A DNA stretch of 64,000 nt from Polaromonas sp. Lineage in GTDB: Bacteria > Pseudomonadota > Gammaproteobacteria > Burkholderiales > Burkholderiaceae_C. The position numbers and the translations under genes were made by a program. The DNA lies in the NCBI RefSeq assembly GCF_030680935.1, contig NZ_JAUXUP010000015.1:1948-65947 (forward strand), in the 5' to 3' direction. This document shows, one piece after another, positions 28,262 through 37,830 of the stretch (position 1 is the first letter of the stretch; the number at the start of each line of letters is the position of its first letter). Below the pieces are notes generated by a model. That model was not told the DNA's origin, searched no databases, and saw nothing but the letters and a program-made list of their open reading frames with translations.

Positions 28262-29142
28262 GTTACCGATCCATTTTCAGTGCCGAACTGTTTGCCGGCA
28301 AGGTGGTGGTCGTGACAGGCGGGGGCTCGGGCATAGGCCGCTGCACGGCGCATGAGCTGGCAGCTCTGGGCGCCCATGTGGTGTTGATCGGGCGCAAGCT
28401 CGAGAAGCTGCACGACGTGGCGGGCGAGATTGTGGCCGCCGGTGGCCGCGCCAGTTTTCACCCCTGTGACATCCGGCAAGAAGCGGCGGTGCAGGCCACG
28501 GTGGCGGCCATCGTGCTGGCGCATGGCCGTATCGACGGCCTGGTCAACAACGCCGGCGGCCAGTACATTGCACCGCTGGAAAGTATCAGCGCCAAAGGCT
28601 GGGAGGCCGTCATCAACACCAACCTGACCGGCGGATTTTTGATGGCGCGTGAGTGTTACCTGCAGGCCATGGCCGGACACGGCGGCAGTATCGTCAACAT
28701 CGTTGCCGACATCTGGGGCTCGATGCCTTCCATGGGACACAGCGGTGCGGCGCGCGCTGGCATGGTCAGTTTCACCGAGACGGCCTCGGCGGAGTGGGCG
28801 CACAGCGGCGTGCGTGTCAATGCGGTGGCGCCGGGGTACATCGCTTCCAGCGGCATGGACCACTACCCGCCTGAAGCTGGCGCCATGTTGCGCGAGATGC
28901 GCCACACCGTGCCGCTGGGCCGCTTTGGCACCGAGGCAGAAACTTCGGCAGCGATTGTGTTTTTGCTGAGCCCGGGCGCGAGTTTTATCAGCGGCACGGT
29001 GTTACGCGTCGATGGCGCGCGGCCGCAGGTGCGCATGGGCTGGCCCATGCGCCTGCCAAATGCCCAGGCACAGCAGCGTGAGGCGGTCAAACCCTTTGAC
29101 GGCTTTCATCTGGCCACGACGCCGAAGGTGTTTCAGCCGTGA
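28258..29142 (+). CDS. atuB: SDR, citronellol/citronellal dehydrogenase-like
   Basis: MSYRSIF..LFAGK...TGGGSGIGRCTAHELAALGAHV, MGHSGAARAG; followed by atuC-F. Confidence 0.82.
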   Translation: MSYRSIFSAELFAGKVVVVTGGGSGIGRCTAHELAALGAHVVLIGRKLEKLHDVAGEIVAAGGRASFHPCDIRQEAAVQATVAAIVLAHGRIDGLVNNAGGQYIAPLESISAKGWEAVINTNLTGGFLMARECYLQAMAGHGGSIVNIVADIWGSMPSMGHSGAARAGMVSFTETASAEWAHSGVRVNAVAPGYIASSGMDHYPPEAGAMLREMRHTVPLGRFGTEAETSAAIVFLLSPGASFISGTVLRVDGARPQVRMGWPMRLPNAQAQQREAVKPFDGFHLATTPKVFQP

Positions 29143-30782
29143 CAGTTTTCCAGTCAGGGTTCAATTCACAGGGCGCGGTGGCCCTTCAGCGCCGCGAAGC
29201 CATGCTGGCGCGTATCGCGGCGCTGCGGGCGTTGGAAGACCGCGCAGCCCAGGCCTCGGCCAAATCGAAGCCGGTGTTCGACAAGCGCGGCCAGTTGTTG
29301 CCGCGCGAGCGCGTTGCCTTGCTGCTCGACCCGGGCACACCCTATTTGCCGATTTGCGCATTGGCCGGTTTCATGCAGGACAACAAGGACCCCGCGCTGT
29401 CAGTGCCCGGCGGGGGCGTCGTTGCGGGTATCGGATTTATCGAAGGCACGCGCTGCATGATCGTTGCCAGTGATTCCGGGATTGAGGCCGGTGCCATCCA
29501 GGCCATGGGGCTGGAGAAAATCCTGCGCGTGCAGGAGATCGCGTTACAGAACAAGTTGCCCTTTGTCCACCTGGTTGAAAGCGCTGGGGCCAACCTGATG
29601 CGTTACCGGGTTGAGGGTTTTGTCCACGGTGGCGCCCTGTTTCGCAACCTCGCGCGCCTGTCGGCTGCGGGCATTCCAGTCATCACCGTACAGCACGGTT
29701 CGGGCACGGCAGGCGGTGCCTACATGCCGGGCCTCAGTGATGTGGTCATCATGGTGCGCAATCGCTCGCGCGCTTTTCTGGCGGGCCCGCCGCTGCTGAT
29801 GGCGGCGACGGGCGAAGTGGCGACCGAGGAAGAGCTGGGTGGCGCCGAGATGCACACCAGCGTCTCGGGCCTGGGCGAGCAACTGGCTGAGGACGACCGG
29901 CAGGCGCTGGGCCTGGCGCGGCAGGTAGTTGGCCGCACATCATGGTCAATTCGGGCTTCAGCCCTTGCCGGACACGCGCAGTCAGCTATTGAATCCATAG
30001 CAAACGAGCCCTTGTATGCGGCGGAAGACTTGCTCGGCTTGATGGCCGCTGACTTGCGCCAGCCGGTGGACATGCAGGAGGTCATGGCCCGGCTGGTTGA
30101 TGGCTCGGATTTCCTGCCCTTCAAGGCCCTGTATGGCGCGGCAACGGTGTGTGTGCAGGCCAGCATGGGCGGCCATGCGGTGGGCATCATCAGCAACAAC
30201 GGCCCGATTGATGTGGCCGGTGCCAACAAGGCCACACACTTCATCCAGATGTTGTGCCAGCTGGGTCACCCCATCATCTATTTGCAGAACACCACGGGTT
30301 ACATGGTTGGCAAGGACAGCGAGCAGGGCGGCATGATCAAACACGGCTCCAAGATGATCCAGGCCGTCACCAACGCCACAGTGCCGCAAATCACCATCCA
30401 GTGCGGTGCCTCGTTTGGCGCGGGTAACTACGGCATGTGTGGCCGGGGTTACGCACCGCGCTTCCTGTTCAGCTGGCCCAGTGCCAAAACTGCTGTGATG
30501 GGCGGCGAGCAGGCGGCGCGCACCATGCAGATCGTGACCGAGGCGGCCATGCTGCGCAAAGGCATTGCGGTGGACGCGGCGCAATCGCAGGCGCAGTTTG
30601 ACAAGATCGTGTCGGTGTTCGAGGCGCAGGCCGACGCCTTCTACACCTCTGGACTGCTGCTGGATGATGGCGTGATTGACCCGCGCGACACCCGGGCCGT
30701 GCTGACGCAATGCCTGGCCATGTGCGCCGACGCAGCAACGCGGCAACTGCGGCCCATGCAGTTTGGCGTAGCCCGGATGTGA
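29139..30782 (+). CDS. atuC: Geranyl-CoA carboxylase beta (carboxyltransferase) subunit
   Basis: RERVALLLDPG, LVESAGANL, GAGNYGMCGR, PRDTR...MQFGVARM. Confidence 0.85.
   Translation: MTVFQSGFNSQGAVALQRREAMLARIAALRALEDRAAQASAKSKPVFDKRGQLLPRERVALLLDPGTPYLPICALAGFMQDNKDPALSVPGGGVVAGIGFIEGTRCMIVASDSGIEAGAIQAMGLEKILRVQEIALQNKLPFVHLVESAGANLMRYRVEGFVHGGALFRNLARLSAAGIPVITVQHGSGTAGGAYMPGLSDVVIMVRNRSRAFLAGPPLLMAATGEVATEEELGGAEMHTSVSGLGEQLAEDDRQALGLARQVVGRTSWSIRASALAGHAQSAIESIANEPLYAAEDLLGLMAADLRQPVDMQEVMARLVDGSDFLPFKALYGAATVCVQASMGGHAVGIISNNGPIDVAGANKATHFIQMLCQLGHPIIYLQNTTGYMVGKDSEQGGMIKHGSKMIQAVTNATVPQITIQCGASFGAGNYGMCGRGYAPRFLFSWPSAKTAVMGGEQAARTMQIVTEAAMLRKGIAVDAAQSQAQFDKIVSVFEAQADAFYTSGLLLDDGVIDPRDTRAVLTQCLAMCADAATRQLRPMQFGVARM
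29961..30001 (+). repeat. 41-bp spaced motif, copy 6 (in frame in the atuC inter-domain linker)
   Basis: GCCC-TTGCCGGACAC-GCG-CAGTC-AGCT-ATTGAATCCA-TAGC; encodes ALAGHAQSAIESIA. Confidence 0.8.
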
Positions 30783-30802
30783 ACCGACTCAGGAGACAAA
30801 AA

Positions 30803-31984
30803 ATGCAATACACCCACGAACACCTTGAAATCCAGAAAACCCTCAAGCGTTTTATTGACGCCGAGATCAACCCGCATGTCGATGAGTGGGAGGCCGCCGA
30901 GATGTTTCCGGCGCATGAGATATTCAAAAAACTGGGTAATCTGGGCCTGCTGGGCCTGACCAAACCCGAGGAATACGGCGGTGCGGGGCTGGACTACTCC
31001 TATGGCGTGGCCATGGCCGAAGCCCTGGGCCACATCGATTGTGGCGGCGTGCCCATGGCGATTGGTGTGCAGACCGACATGTGCACACCGGCGCTGGCAC
31101 GGTTTGGCAGTGAGGAACTCAAACGCGAGTTCCTGGCCCCGGCCATTGCTGGCGATACGGTAGGCTGTATTGGTGTGAGTGAGCCCGGCGCCGGCAGCGA
31201 CGTGGCTTCCATCAAAAGCCATGCGCGCAAGGATGGCGACGACTACATCATCAGCGGCCAGAAGATGTGGATCACCAACAGCCTGCAGGCCGACTGGATG
31301 TGCATGCTGGTCAACACCGGCGACGGGCCGCAGCACAAGAACAAAAGCCTGGTCATGGTGCCCATGCGCGACAAGGGCAAGCTGCGCAAGGGCATTGAGG
31401 TCGGCAAGAAAATCAAAAAAATCGGCATGAACGCCAGCGACACCGGCTTGATTTATTTTGACGAGGTGCGTGTGCCGCAACGCAACCGGATTGGTGCAGA
31501 AGGCTCGGGTTTCATGTACCAGATGATGCAGTTTCAGGAGGAGCGGCTTTGGGCCGCAGCCAGCTGCATACAGTCACTGGGCAATTGCATTGACTGGACG
31601 GTGGCGTGGGCGCACGAGCGCAAGCTGTTTGGCGCCACGCTGGCCGACCAGCAGTGGGTGCAGTTCAAGCTGGCCGAGATGAAAACCGAGGTCGAGGGCC
31701 TGCGAGCCATGACCTACCGCGCCTGCGAGTTGTATGTGCAGGGCCAGGACGTGACCGAACTCGCCTCCATGGCCAAGCTCAAGGCCGGGCGCCTGAACCG
31801 GCTGGTGCCCGATACCTGTTTGCAGTTCTGGGGCGGCATGGGCTACACCTGGGAAAACAAGGTGGCACGCATGTTCCGGGATGGCCGACTCGCATCGATT
31901 GGCGGCGGTGCCGACGAAGTGATGATGGGCATCATCGCCAAGTACATGGGCCTTGCCAAGAGCAGCAAAAAAGCCGCGGCCTGA
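30803..31984 (+). CDS. atuD: Citronellyl-CoA dehydrogenase-like acyl-CoA dehydrogenase
   Basis: MQYTHEH, GCIGVSEPGAGSDVA, GQKMWITN, FQEERL, SIGGGADEVM. Confidence 0.85.
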   Translation: MQYTHEHLEIQKTLKRFIDAEINPHVDEWEAAEMFPAHEIFKKLGNLGLLGLTKPEEYGGAGLDYSYGVAMAEALGHIDCGGVPMAIGVQTDMCTPALARFGSEELKREFLAPAIAGDTVGCIGVSEPGAGSDVASIKSHARKDGDDYIISGQKMWITNSLQADWMCMLVNTGDGPQHKNKSLVMVPMRDKGKLRKGIEVGKKIKKIGMNASDTGLIYFDEVRVPQRNRIGAEGSGFMYQMMQFQEERLWAAASCIQSLGNCIDWTVAWAHERKLFGATLADQQWVQFKLAEMKTEVEGLRAMTYRACELYVQGQDVTELASMAKLKAGRLNRLVPDTCLQFWGGMGYTWENKVARMFRDGRLASIGGGADEVMMGIIAKYMGLAKSSKKAAA

Positions 31985-32784
31985 TGACCCCAGCCATGGC
32001 CCCCAAGTTACAGATCACCCGTTCGGGTGAGGTCGAGCATTGGACGCTGCACGATCCCGCCACACGCAACGCGCTGACCGAAGAGCTTGTGGGCGCCTTG
32101 CAGCTGGCCTGCGAGCGCGTGAGCGCAGACGCCGCGCTGCGTTTTGTGGTGTTGCAGGGCAGTGACGGCGCCTTTTGTGCCGGCGGCAGCCTGGGCGGTT
32201 TTGCCGCCTCTATTGGCCAGGCGCTGCCGGCCGGGCAAACCGATCCGCTGATTGCGATGAATGCGGGCTTTGGCAGCTTGCTGAACAGCCTCAGCGCGCT
32301 GCCACAGATCTTGCTGGTGGCCGTGGACGGGCCAGCCATGGGTGGCGGCCTGGGCCTGGTGTGTTGCGGCGATTTTGTGCTGGCTTCTCCGGCTGCGGTG
32401 TTTGCCACGCCTGAAGTCACCCTGGGCGTGGTGCCCGCACAGATTGCACCCTTTGTGCACCGGCGGCTGGGTGACCGCCACGCGCGTCAGTTGCTGCTTT
32501 CTGGGCAAAAGCTGTCTGCAGAGCAAGCGCTGGGGCTGGGGCTGGTGGACGAAGTTGCAGCTGATTTGCAAGCCGCCGTGGCGCAACGTATCCAGCTGTT
32601 GCGCCGCGCAGCACCTGGCGCGGTGGCCCACACCAAGGCTTTGTTTTGTATGCTCAATCAGGCTGCAGCCCAGGACATACAAGCGCAAGCAGCTCTCAAA
32701 TTCGTAGCGAATTTGCGCAGCCCTGAAGCCGCTGAAGGCTTGGCAGCGTTTGCGCAAAAGCGCAAGCCCGGGTGGGCGGCATGA
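31984..32784 (+). CDS. atuE: Isohexenylglutaconyl-CoA hydratase-like crotonase
   Basis: FCAGGSL, GPAMGGGLGL, PEVTLGVVPAQIAPFV, AFAQKRKPGW; TGATG coupling to atuD. Confidence 0.8.
   Translation: MTPAMAPKLQITRSGEVEHWTLHDPATRNALTEELVGALQLACERVSADAALRFVVLQGSDGAFCAGGSLGGFAASIGQALPAGQTDPLIAMNAGFGSLLNSLSALPQILLVAVDGPAMGGGLGLVCCGDFVLASPAAVFATPEVTLGVVPAQIAPFVHRRLGDRHARQLLLSGQKLSAEQALGLGLVDEVAADLQAAVAQRIQLLRRAAPGAVAHTKALFCMLNQAAAQDIQAQAALKFVANLRSPEAAEGLAAFAQKRKPGWAA
32668..32708 (+). repeat. 41-bp spaced motif, copy 7 (in frame in the atuE C-terminal helix)
   Basis: GCCC-AGGACATACAA-GCG-CAAGC-AGCT-CTCAAATTCG-TAGC; encodes AQDIQAQAALKFVA. Confidence 0.8.
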
Positions 32785-34727
32785 CGGCCACGCCCATTCG
32801 CCGCCTCTTGATCGTCAACCGCGGCGAAATAGCCCGTCGCATCATCCGCACCGCGCAGCACATGGGCATGGCGACGGTGGCGGTGTATTCGGATGCTGAC
32901 GCGCAGGCTCTGCATGTGCATGAAGCCGACGCGGCGGTGGCGCTGGGTGGCAACCAGTCGGCCGACTCCTATTTACGGATCGACAAGCTTCTGGCTGCAG
33001 CGAAGAGGGCGGGTGCCGACGCGGTCCACCCCGGCTACGGCTTTCTGAGTGAAAACGCAGACTTTGCCCAGGCCGTTGTGGAAGCGGGGCTGATCTGGGT
33101 CGGGCCGCCGCCGGCAGCGATTCGTGCGCTGGGTGACAAGGCCAGTGCCAAGGCGCTGGCCGTGCAACGCGGTGTTCCCTGCCTGCCTGGCTACCAGGGG
33201 GCAGACCAGTCCGAAGCGCGATTGATGGCCGAAGCTGAAACACTGGGCTACCCCCTGATGGTCAAGGCCGTGGCAGGCGGGGGCGGGCGCGGCATGCGGC
33301 TGGTGCAGGGGCCCACCCAGCTTCTGCCGGCCCTGCAAAGCGCTCGGTCCGAAGCGTTGTCTGCCTTTGGCAACGGGGGCCTGTTGCTGGAGCGCGCGCT
33401 CTTGAGCCCGCGTCACGTCGAGCTACAGATCTTTGCCGATGCACATGGCCATTGCATCCACCTGGGCGAGCGTGATTGTTCGGTTCAACGGCGTCATCAA
33501 AAGCTGATTGAGGAGTCACCGAGCCCGGCGATGGATGCCGACCTGCGTGAGCGCATGGGAGCCTGCGCGGTCGAGCTTGCGCTGGCAGCAGGTTATGTGG
33601 GCGCTGGCACCGTGGAGTTTTTACTCGACGGCGGCGAGTTCTTTTTGATGGAGATGAACACCCGGCTGCAGGTCGAGCACCCGGTCACCGAAGCGGTGAC
33701 TGGCCTGGACCTGGTCGAGTGGCAGTTGCGCATTGCGCAGGGTGAGGCGCTGCCCCTGCGCCAGGACGAGCTCGTGTTCAGCGGTCACGCCATCGAGGTG
33801 CGTTTGTGTGCCGAAGACGACGATTTTTCCCCGCATGCCGGACAGGTTCTTCATTTTGCTGAGCCATTACATGCACGTTTTGACCATGCGCTGCAAGCCG
33901 GAGTCAAGGTCACACCTTTCTACGACTCGATGTTAGGCAAGCTGATCGTGCATGGCGCCACGCGGGACCAGGCCATCGATGGTTTGATTGCGGCCCTGGC
34001 TGACACCCAGGTGCTGGGCCTGCCGACCAATCGCGCTTTTCTGGCGGCCTGCCTGGCACATCCGGTATTCAGGGCGGGCCAGGCCTTGATTCCTTTCCTG
34101 GCCGAGCACGGCGAAACCATCCGCAAGACGCTTCAGGAGCAGAAGTCCCGGGTGCAGTTGCCGGCCGCGCTGGGCCTGCATTTCGCGGGCAGTACGGGTG
34201 CTGCCCGGGCCTTGCCTTGTCCGTTTGGCAAGATGCTGCGCCTGTTTCAGGGGGAGCACGAGTTGGCAATCACGGTTCGGGAAATGGGTCATGGCCAACT
34301 GGAGGTTCTGTCCGGTTCACAGCAACATTCAGGCGCTTGTACGCGCTCCAGCCCGGGCGCCATGTTTGTCACGGTGGATGGACTCACCCGCGCCGTACAG
34401 GCTTGCCAGGCGGCGGATGGTCAATGGCATGTGCAGGTGGGTGCCACCGACCTCTGGCTGACGGACGCGAGCCTGTTACCGCCAGTGGGCGCGGCCTCCA
34501 GCAGCCAGACGAAGGAGCTGCGGGCGCCGTTTAATGGCAAGGTGATTGCGATCCACGTCGCCGCCGGCCAGACGGTCCGGCGTGGTGACAGCCTGTTGGT
34601 GATTGAATCGATGAAGCTTGAACACGCCTTGTGTGCGACGCGGGATGCCACGGTGACAGAGCTGACCGTGCAAACCGGCCAGCAGATGGCCACTGGGCAG
34701 GTCTTGTTGAGGTTTGACCATGGATAA
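32781..34727 (+). CDS. atuF: Geranyl-CoA carboxylase alpha (biotin carboxylase plus biotinyl domain)
   Basis: NRGEIA, HPGYGFLSEN, GGGGRGMR, EMNTRLQVEHP, biotinylation site ESMKLE. Confidence 0.87.
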   Translation: MTATPIRRLLIVNRGEIARRIIRTAQHMGMATVAVYSDADAQALHVHEADAAVALGGNQSADSYLRIDKLLAAAKRAGADAVHPGYGFLSENADFAQAVVEAGLIWVGPPPAAIRALGDKASAKALAVQRGVPCLPGYQGADQSEARLMAEAETLGYPLMVKAVAGGGGRGMRLVQGPTQLLPALQSARSEALSAFGNGGLLLERALLSPRHVELQIFADAHGHCIHLGERDCSVQRRHQKLIEESPSPAMDADLRERMGACAVELALAAGYVGAGTVEFLLDGGEFFLMEMNTRLQVEHPVTEAVTGLDLVEWQLRIAQGEALPLRQDELVFSGHAIEVRLCAEDDDFSPHAGQVLHFAEPLHARFDHALQAGVKVTPFYDSMLGKLIVHGATRDQAIDGLIAALADTQVLGLPTNRAFLAACLAHPVFRAGQALIPFLAEHGETIRKTLQEQKSRVQLPAALGLHFAGSTGAARALPCPFGKMLRLFQGEHELAITVREMGHGQLEVLSGSQQHSGACTRSSPGAMFVTVDGLTRAVQACQAADGQWHVQVGATDLWLTDASLLPPVGAASSSQTKELRAPFNGKVIAIHVAAGQTVRRGDSLLVIESMKLEHALCATRDATVTELTVQTGQQMATGQVLLRFDHG

Positions 34728-35886
34728 AAACCTTGCCCAACACGCAGCCGATCTCGACGCCTTGGCCGATATTGCGGAGTCGGTCAAACGCTTCGCGCAG
34801 CGCGAGATTGCGCCGCATGTGGGGCCATGGGACGATGCCGGCGAATTTCCCCGGGCCTTGTACCGGCAGGCCGCTGAGCTGGGCCTCCTGGCCCTGGGCT
34901 ACCCGGAAGCGCTCGGTGGCACGCCGGCATCATGGAGATTGCGCAACGCGATGACCGTCGCGCTGTGCCGCTACGGCGGCAGCGGCGGTGTGTTGGCCAG
35001 CCTGTTCTCGCACAACATCGGTCTTCCGCCGGTGTTGCACCATGGCTCGCCCCCATTGCAGCAGGCCGTGATTCCGGCGGTGCTGCGCGGCGAAAAAATT
35101 GCAGCACTGGCCATCACCGAACCGGGCGCCGGCTCTGATGTGGCGGCCCTGCGCACTACCGCACGGCGCGACGGTGCGGACTATGTGCTTGATGGCGAAA
35201 AGGTTTTTATCACCTCGGGCATGCGTGCCGACTACATCACGGTGGCGGTGCGCACCAGCGAAAGCAAAGGGGCGGGTGGCATCTCCATGATTCTGGTTCC
35301 GGGCGACAGCCCGGGTCTGAGTCGCCATGCCTTGCAGAAGATGGGATGGTGGTGCTCAGACACGGCGCATTTGCGCTTTGAGGCCGTGCGGGTGCCTGCA
35401 ACCCATTTGCTTGGTGAGGAGGGTGGCGGCTTCAAGATGATCATGGGGAATTTCAACGGCGAACGCCTGGCGATGTCCGCTGGGGCGCTGGGTTTTGCCC
35501 AGGCCTGTTACGACGAGGCGCTGGACTGGGCACGCCAGCGCAAGACCTTTGGCAGCCTGCTGACCGACAAGCAGGTGATCCGGCACAAGCTGGTGGACAT
35601 GCAGATGCGCATCGCGTCCACCCAGGCGTGGGTGGAGGCGCTGGCGGACCGGGCGGACGCGGGCGAACACGGCGCCGAATGGGTGGCCCAGGTCTGCATG
35701 CTGAAGAACCACGCGACGCAGACCATGCAGTTCTGTGCCGACCAGTCGGTGCAAATCCTGGGCGGTATGGGTTTCATGCGTGGTACAAAAAGCGAGCGCA
35801 TTTACCGCGAGGTCAAGGTCATGATGATAGGCGGCGGCGCCGAGGAAATCATGAAAGACCTGGCTGCACGACAATTGGGCCTATGA
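34720..35886 (+). CDS. Acyl-CoA dehydrogenase
   Basis: LAITEPGAGSDVA, DGEKVFITSG, FNGERL, LGGMGF, MIGGGAEEIM. Confidence 0.92.
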   Translation: MDKNLAQHAADLDALADIAESVKRFAQREIAPHVGPWDDAGEFPRALYRQAAELGLLALGYPEALGGTPASWRLRNAMTVALCRYGGSGGVLASLFSHNIGLPPVLHHGSPPLQQAVIPAVLRGEKIAALAITEPGAGSDVAALRTTARRDGADYVLDGEKVFITSGMRADYITVAVRTSESKGAGGISMILVPGDSPGLSRHALQKMGWWCSDTAHLRFEAVRVPATHLLGEEGGGFKMIMGNFNGERLAMSAGALGFAQACYDEALDWARQRKTFGSLLTDKQVIRHKLVDMQMRIASTQAWVEALADRADAGEHGAEWVAQVCMLKNHATQTMQFCADQSVQILGGMGFMRGTKSERIYREVKVMMIGGGAEEIMKDLAARQLGL

Positions 35887-36377
35887 CCTTGACACCCCCG
35901 CTACGCGCCGCAGAGCCCGCAGGGTTCGAGCCCGAATTCATCAACGGCCTGAAAACCCTGTTTGAAGAGAAAATTTCCTTCAACCGCGTATTGGGGCTGA
36001 AGATCACCTTGCTCACGCCGGCGCGTGTTGCGGCGCGTATCACGATGACCGATCAACTGGTCGGTCACTACACGCACAACCGCGTTCATGGCGGCGTGAT
36101 CAGTGCCGGGCTTGACGCCATGGGCGGCTTGGCGGTGATGGCCGCCATAGGAGCGCGCCACATGGACGAGTCACCGCTGCAGCGCCTGCAGCGTTTCAGC
36201 AAGCTGGGCACCATCGACCTGCGGGTGGACTACCTGCGCCCCGGTATCAGCGAATATTTTGAGTTGCGCGCCGAAGTCTTGCGCCTGGGCTCACGCGTGG
36301 CCAGCACCCGCATGGAGTTTCTCGGTGCCGACGGCAAGTTGCTGTCCACCGGGGCGGGCGCTTACATCGTTTCATGA
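35883..36377 (+). CDS. PaaI-like thioesterase
   Basis: HGGVISAGLDAMGG, GTIDLRVDYLRPG. Confidence 0.88.
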   Translation: MTLTPPLRAAEPAGFEPEFINGLKTLFEEKISFNRVLGLKITLLTPARVAARITMTDQLVGHYTHNRVHGGVISAGLDAMGGLAVMAAIGARHMDESPLQRLQRFSKLGTIDLRVDYLRPGISEYFELRAEVLRLGSRVASTRMEFLGADGKLLSTGAGAYIVS

Positions 36378-36402
36378 AAAAAGCCACCCGAAGGTGGCTT
36401 TT
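36377..36402. terminator. Bidirectional intrinsic terminator
   Basis: aaaaaagccacc-cgaa-ggtggctttt between convergent genes. Confidence 0.85.
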
Positions 36403-36422
36403 GATGGACGGTGTATGGGCGC

Positions 36423-37580
36423 CTATTTGAAGTACTCGGAGACGGGTTTCCATTTACCATCCGTGATTTGCGACAGGCGGGAAGCGTCGCTGCCCAGGCG
36501 TTTGGTGGCCGTATAAGTGGCTTGTGCGCTGCCAAACATGTCTGGCGGAACCACCATGGTGTCCATCACCTTGATGAAGCTGTCGGTCGACAGGTTAGGG
36601 CCCGCCTTCTGGGCTGCCTTGGCAAAGATGTCGATGATGTTGTAGCCATAAACCGAGAAGACGGTGGGGTCTTCATTGAACTTGGTTTTGTACTTGTTGG
36701 CCCAGAAACGGATGGGCTGTGAAGCCTCATCCAGATACGGGTTCTGCACCGTCATGGTGGCATACAGGCCGTTCATGGCCGGGCCACCGAGCTTGTGAAT
36801 CAGATCGGTGTAGGCCGCGCTGGAGCCCAGGAAGAGGGGGTTGAACCCGGTCTTGCGGGATTCGCCAATGGCGCCAATGGTCTCGCGGATGATGGTGCCG
36901 AGCACAACCATCTCGCAGCCCGAAGACTTCATCTTGGCGACCTGTGACGAGAAGTCGGTGGCACCGCGTTTGTATGAGGTCTTTTCAGCGAACTCCATGC
37001 CTATGGCTTTCAGGCCGGCCTCGCCGCCGCGCATGACTTCCAGTCCGAACTCGTCGTCCTGGTACATGGTGCAGACCTTCTTGATGTTCTTTTCCTTCAC
37101 CATTTTTGGCGTGGCATTGCGCATCTGGTCAAAGTAGGTGGCCGCGAAGGAATACTTCAGCTTGTGAAACGGTTCGTACATCTCGCGGGCTGCGGTGATC
37201 GGAAAGAAATTGATGACGTTTTTTTCAAACTGCACCGGCATGGCCGCCAGGTTCTGGGCGGTGCCGATGTGGCCGACCATCATGAAAATCTTGTCCTGGT
37301 TGACCAGCTTCTGCGCTGCCAGCACGGCCTTCTTCGGGTCGTAGGCCGAGTCTTCCACGATGATCTTCAGCTTGCGGCCATTGATGCCGCCTTGTTCATT
37401 GATCTCATCAACGCGCAGCAACATGCCCAGGCGGGCCTGCTTGCCAAAACCCGCGATGGGACCGGACAGGTCCTGGATGGAGCCCAGGGTGATTTCGGTT
37501 TTGCTCACGCCTTGCTGGGCCATGGAAATGCCGGAACTGAGTGCCAGGGTAGCCAGTGCCACGGTGGTTTTGAATTTCAT
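36423..37580 (-). CDS. Liv-type ABC transporter substrate-binding protein 1 (periplasmic binding protein type 1)
   Basis: Signal peptide; QDLSGP, GINGRK..IVEDSAYDPK, YKRGATDFSSQ. Confidence 0.9.
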   Translation of the reverse strand: MKFKTTVALATLALSSGISMAQQGVSKTEITLGSIQDLSGPIAGFGKQARLGMLLRVDEINEQGGINGRKLKIIVEDSAYDPKKAVLAAQKLVNQDKIFMMVGHIGTAQNLAAMPVQFEKNVINFFPITAAREMYEPFHKLKYSFAATYFDQMRNATPKMVKEKNIKKVCTMYQDDEFGLEVMRGGEAGLKAIGMEFAEKTSYKRGATDFSSQVAKMKSSGCEMVVLGTIIRETIGAIGESRKTGFNPLFLGSSAAYTDLIHKLGGPAMNGLYATMTVQNPYLDEASQPIRFWANKYKTKFNEDPTVFSVYGYNIIDIFAKAAQKAGPNLSTDSFIKVMDTMVVPPDMFGSAQATYTATKRLGSDASRLSQITDGKWKPVSEYFK

Positions 37581-37708
37581 TGATGTCTCCTGTAAAACGA
37601 AGGTACTTGCGCCCCCGCTATTCTTGTCTTTCGTCCGGTCCTGTCAAGCTGGCGTATTCACTTAGGGGCAGGCCCTGTCATCGCCCCTTGCGGACCAGCA
37701 AACACAAT

Positions 37709-37738
37709 GACAAAGGCCGCCCTTGGGCGGCCTTTGTC
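37709..37738 (-). terminator. Hairpin between the two SBP genes
   Basis: gacaaaggccgccc-tt-gggcggcctttgtc, perfect 14-bp stem. Confidence 0.65.
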
Positions 37739-37830
37739 GCATGCGGGACGCAATCAGGTCTGCTCGTGAATCGCTGGCCTGTTCCTTGAACGGTGTCGCA
37801 ACGATCCGTCGGGGCCCTTCGTGCGGTGCA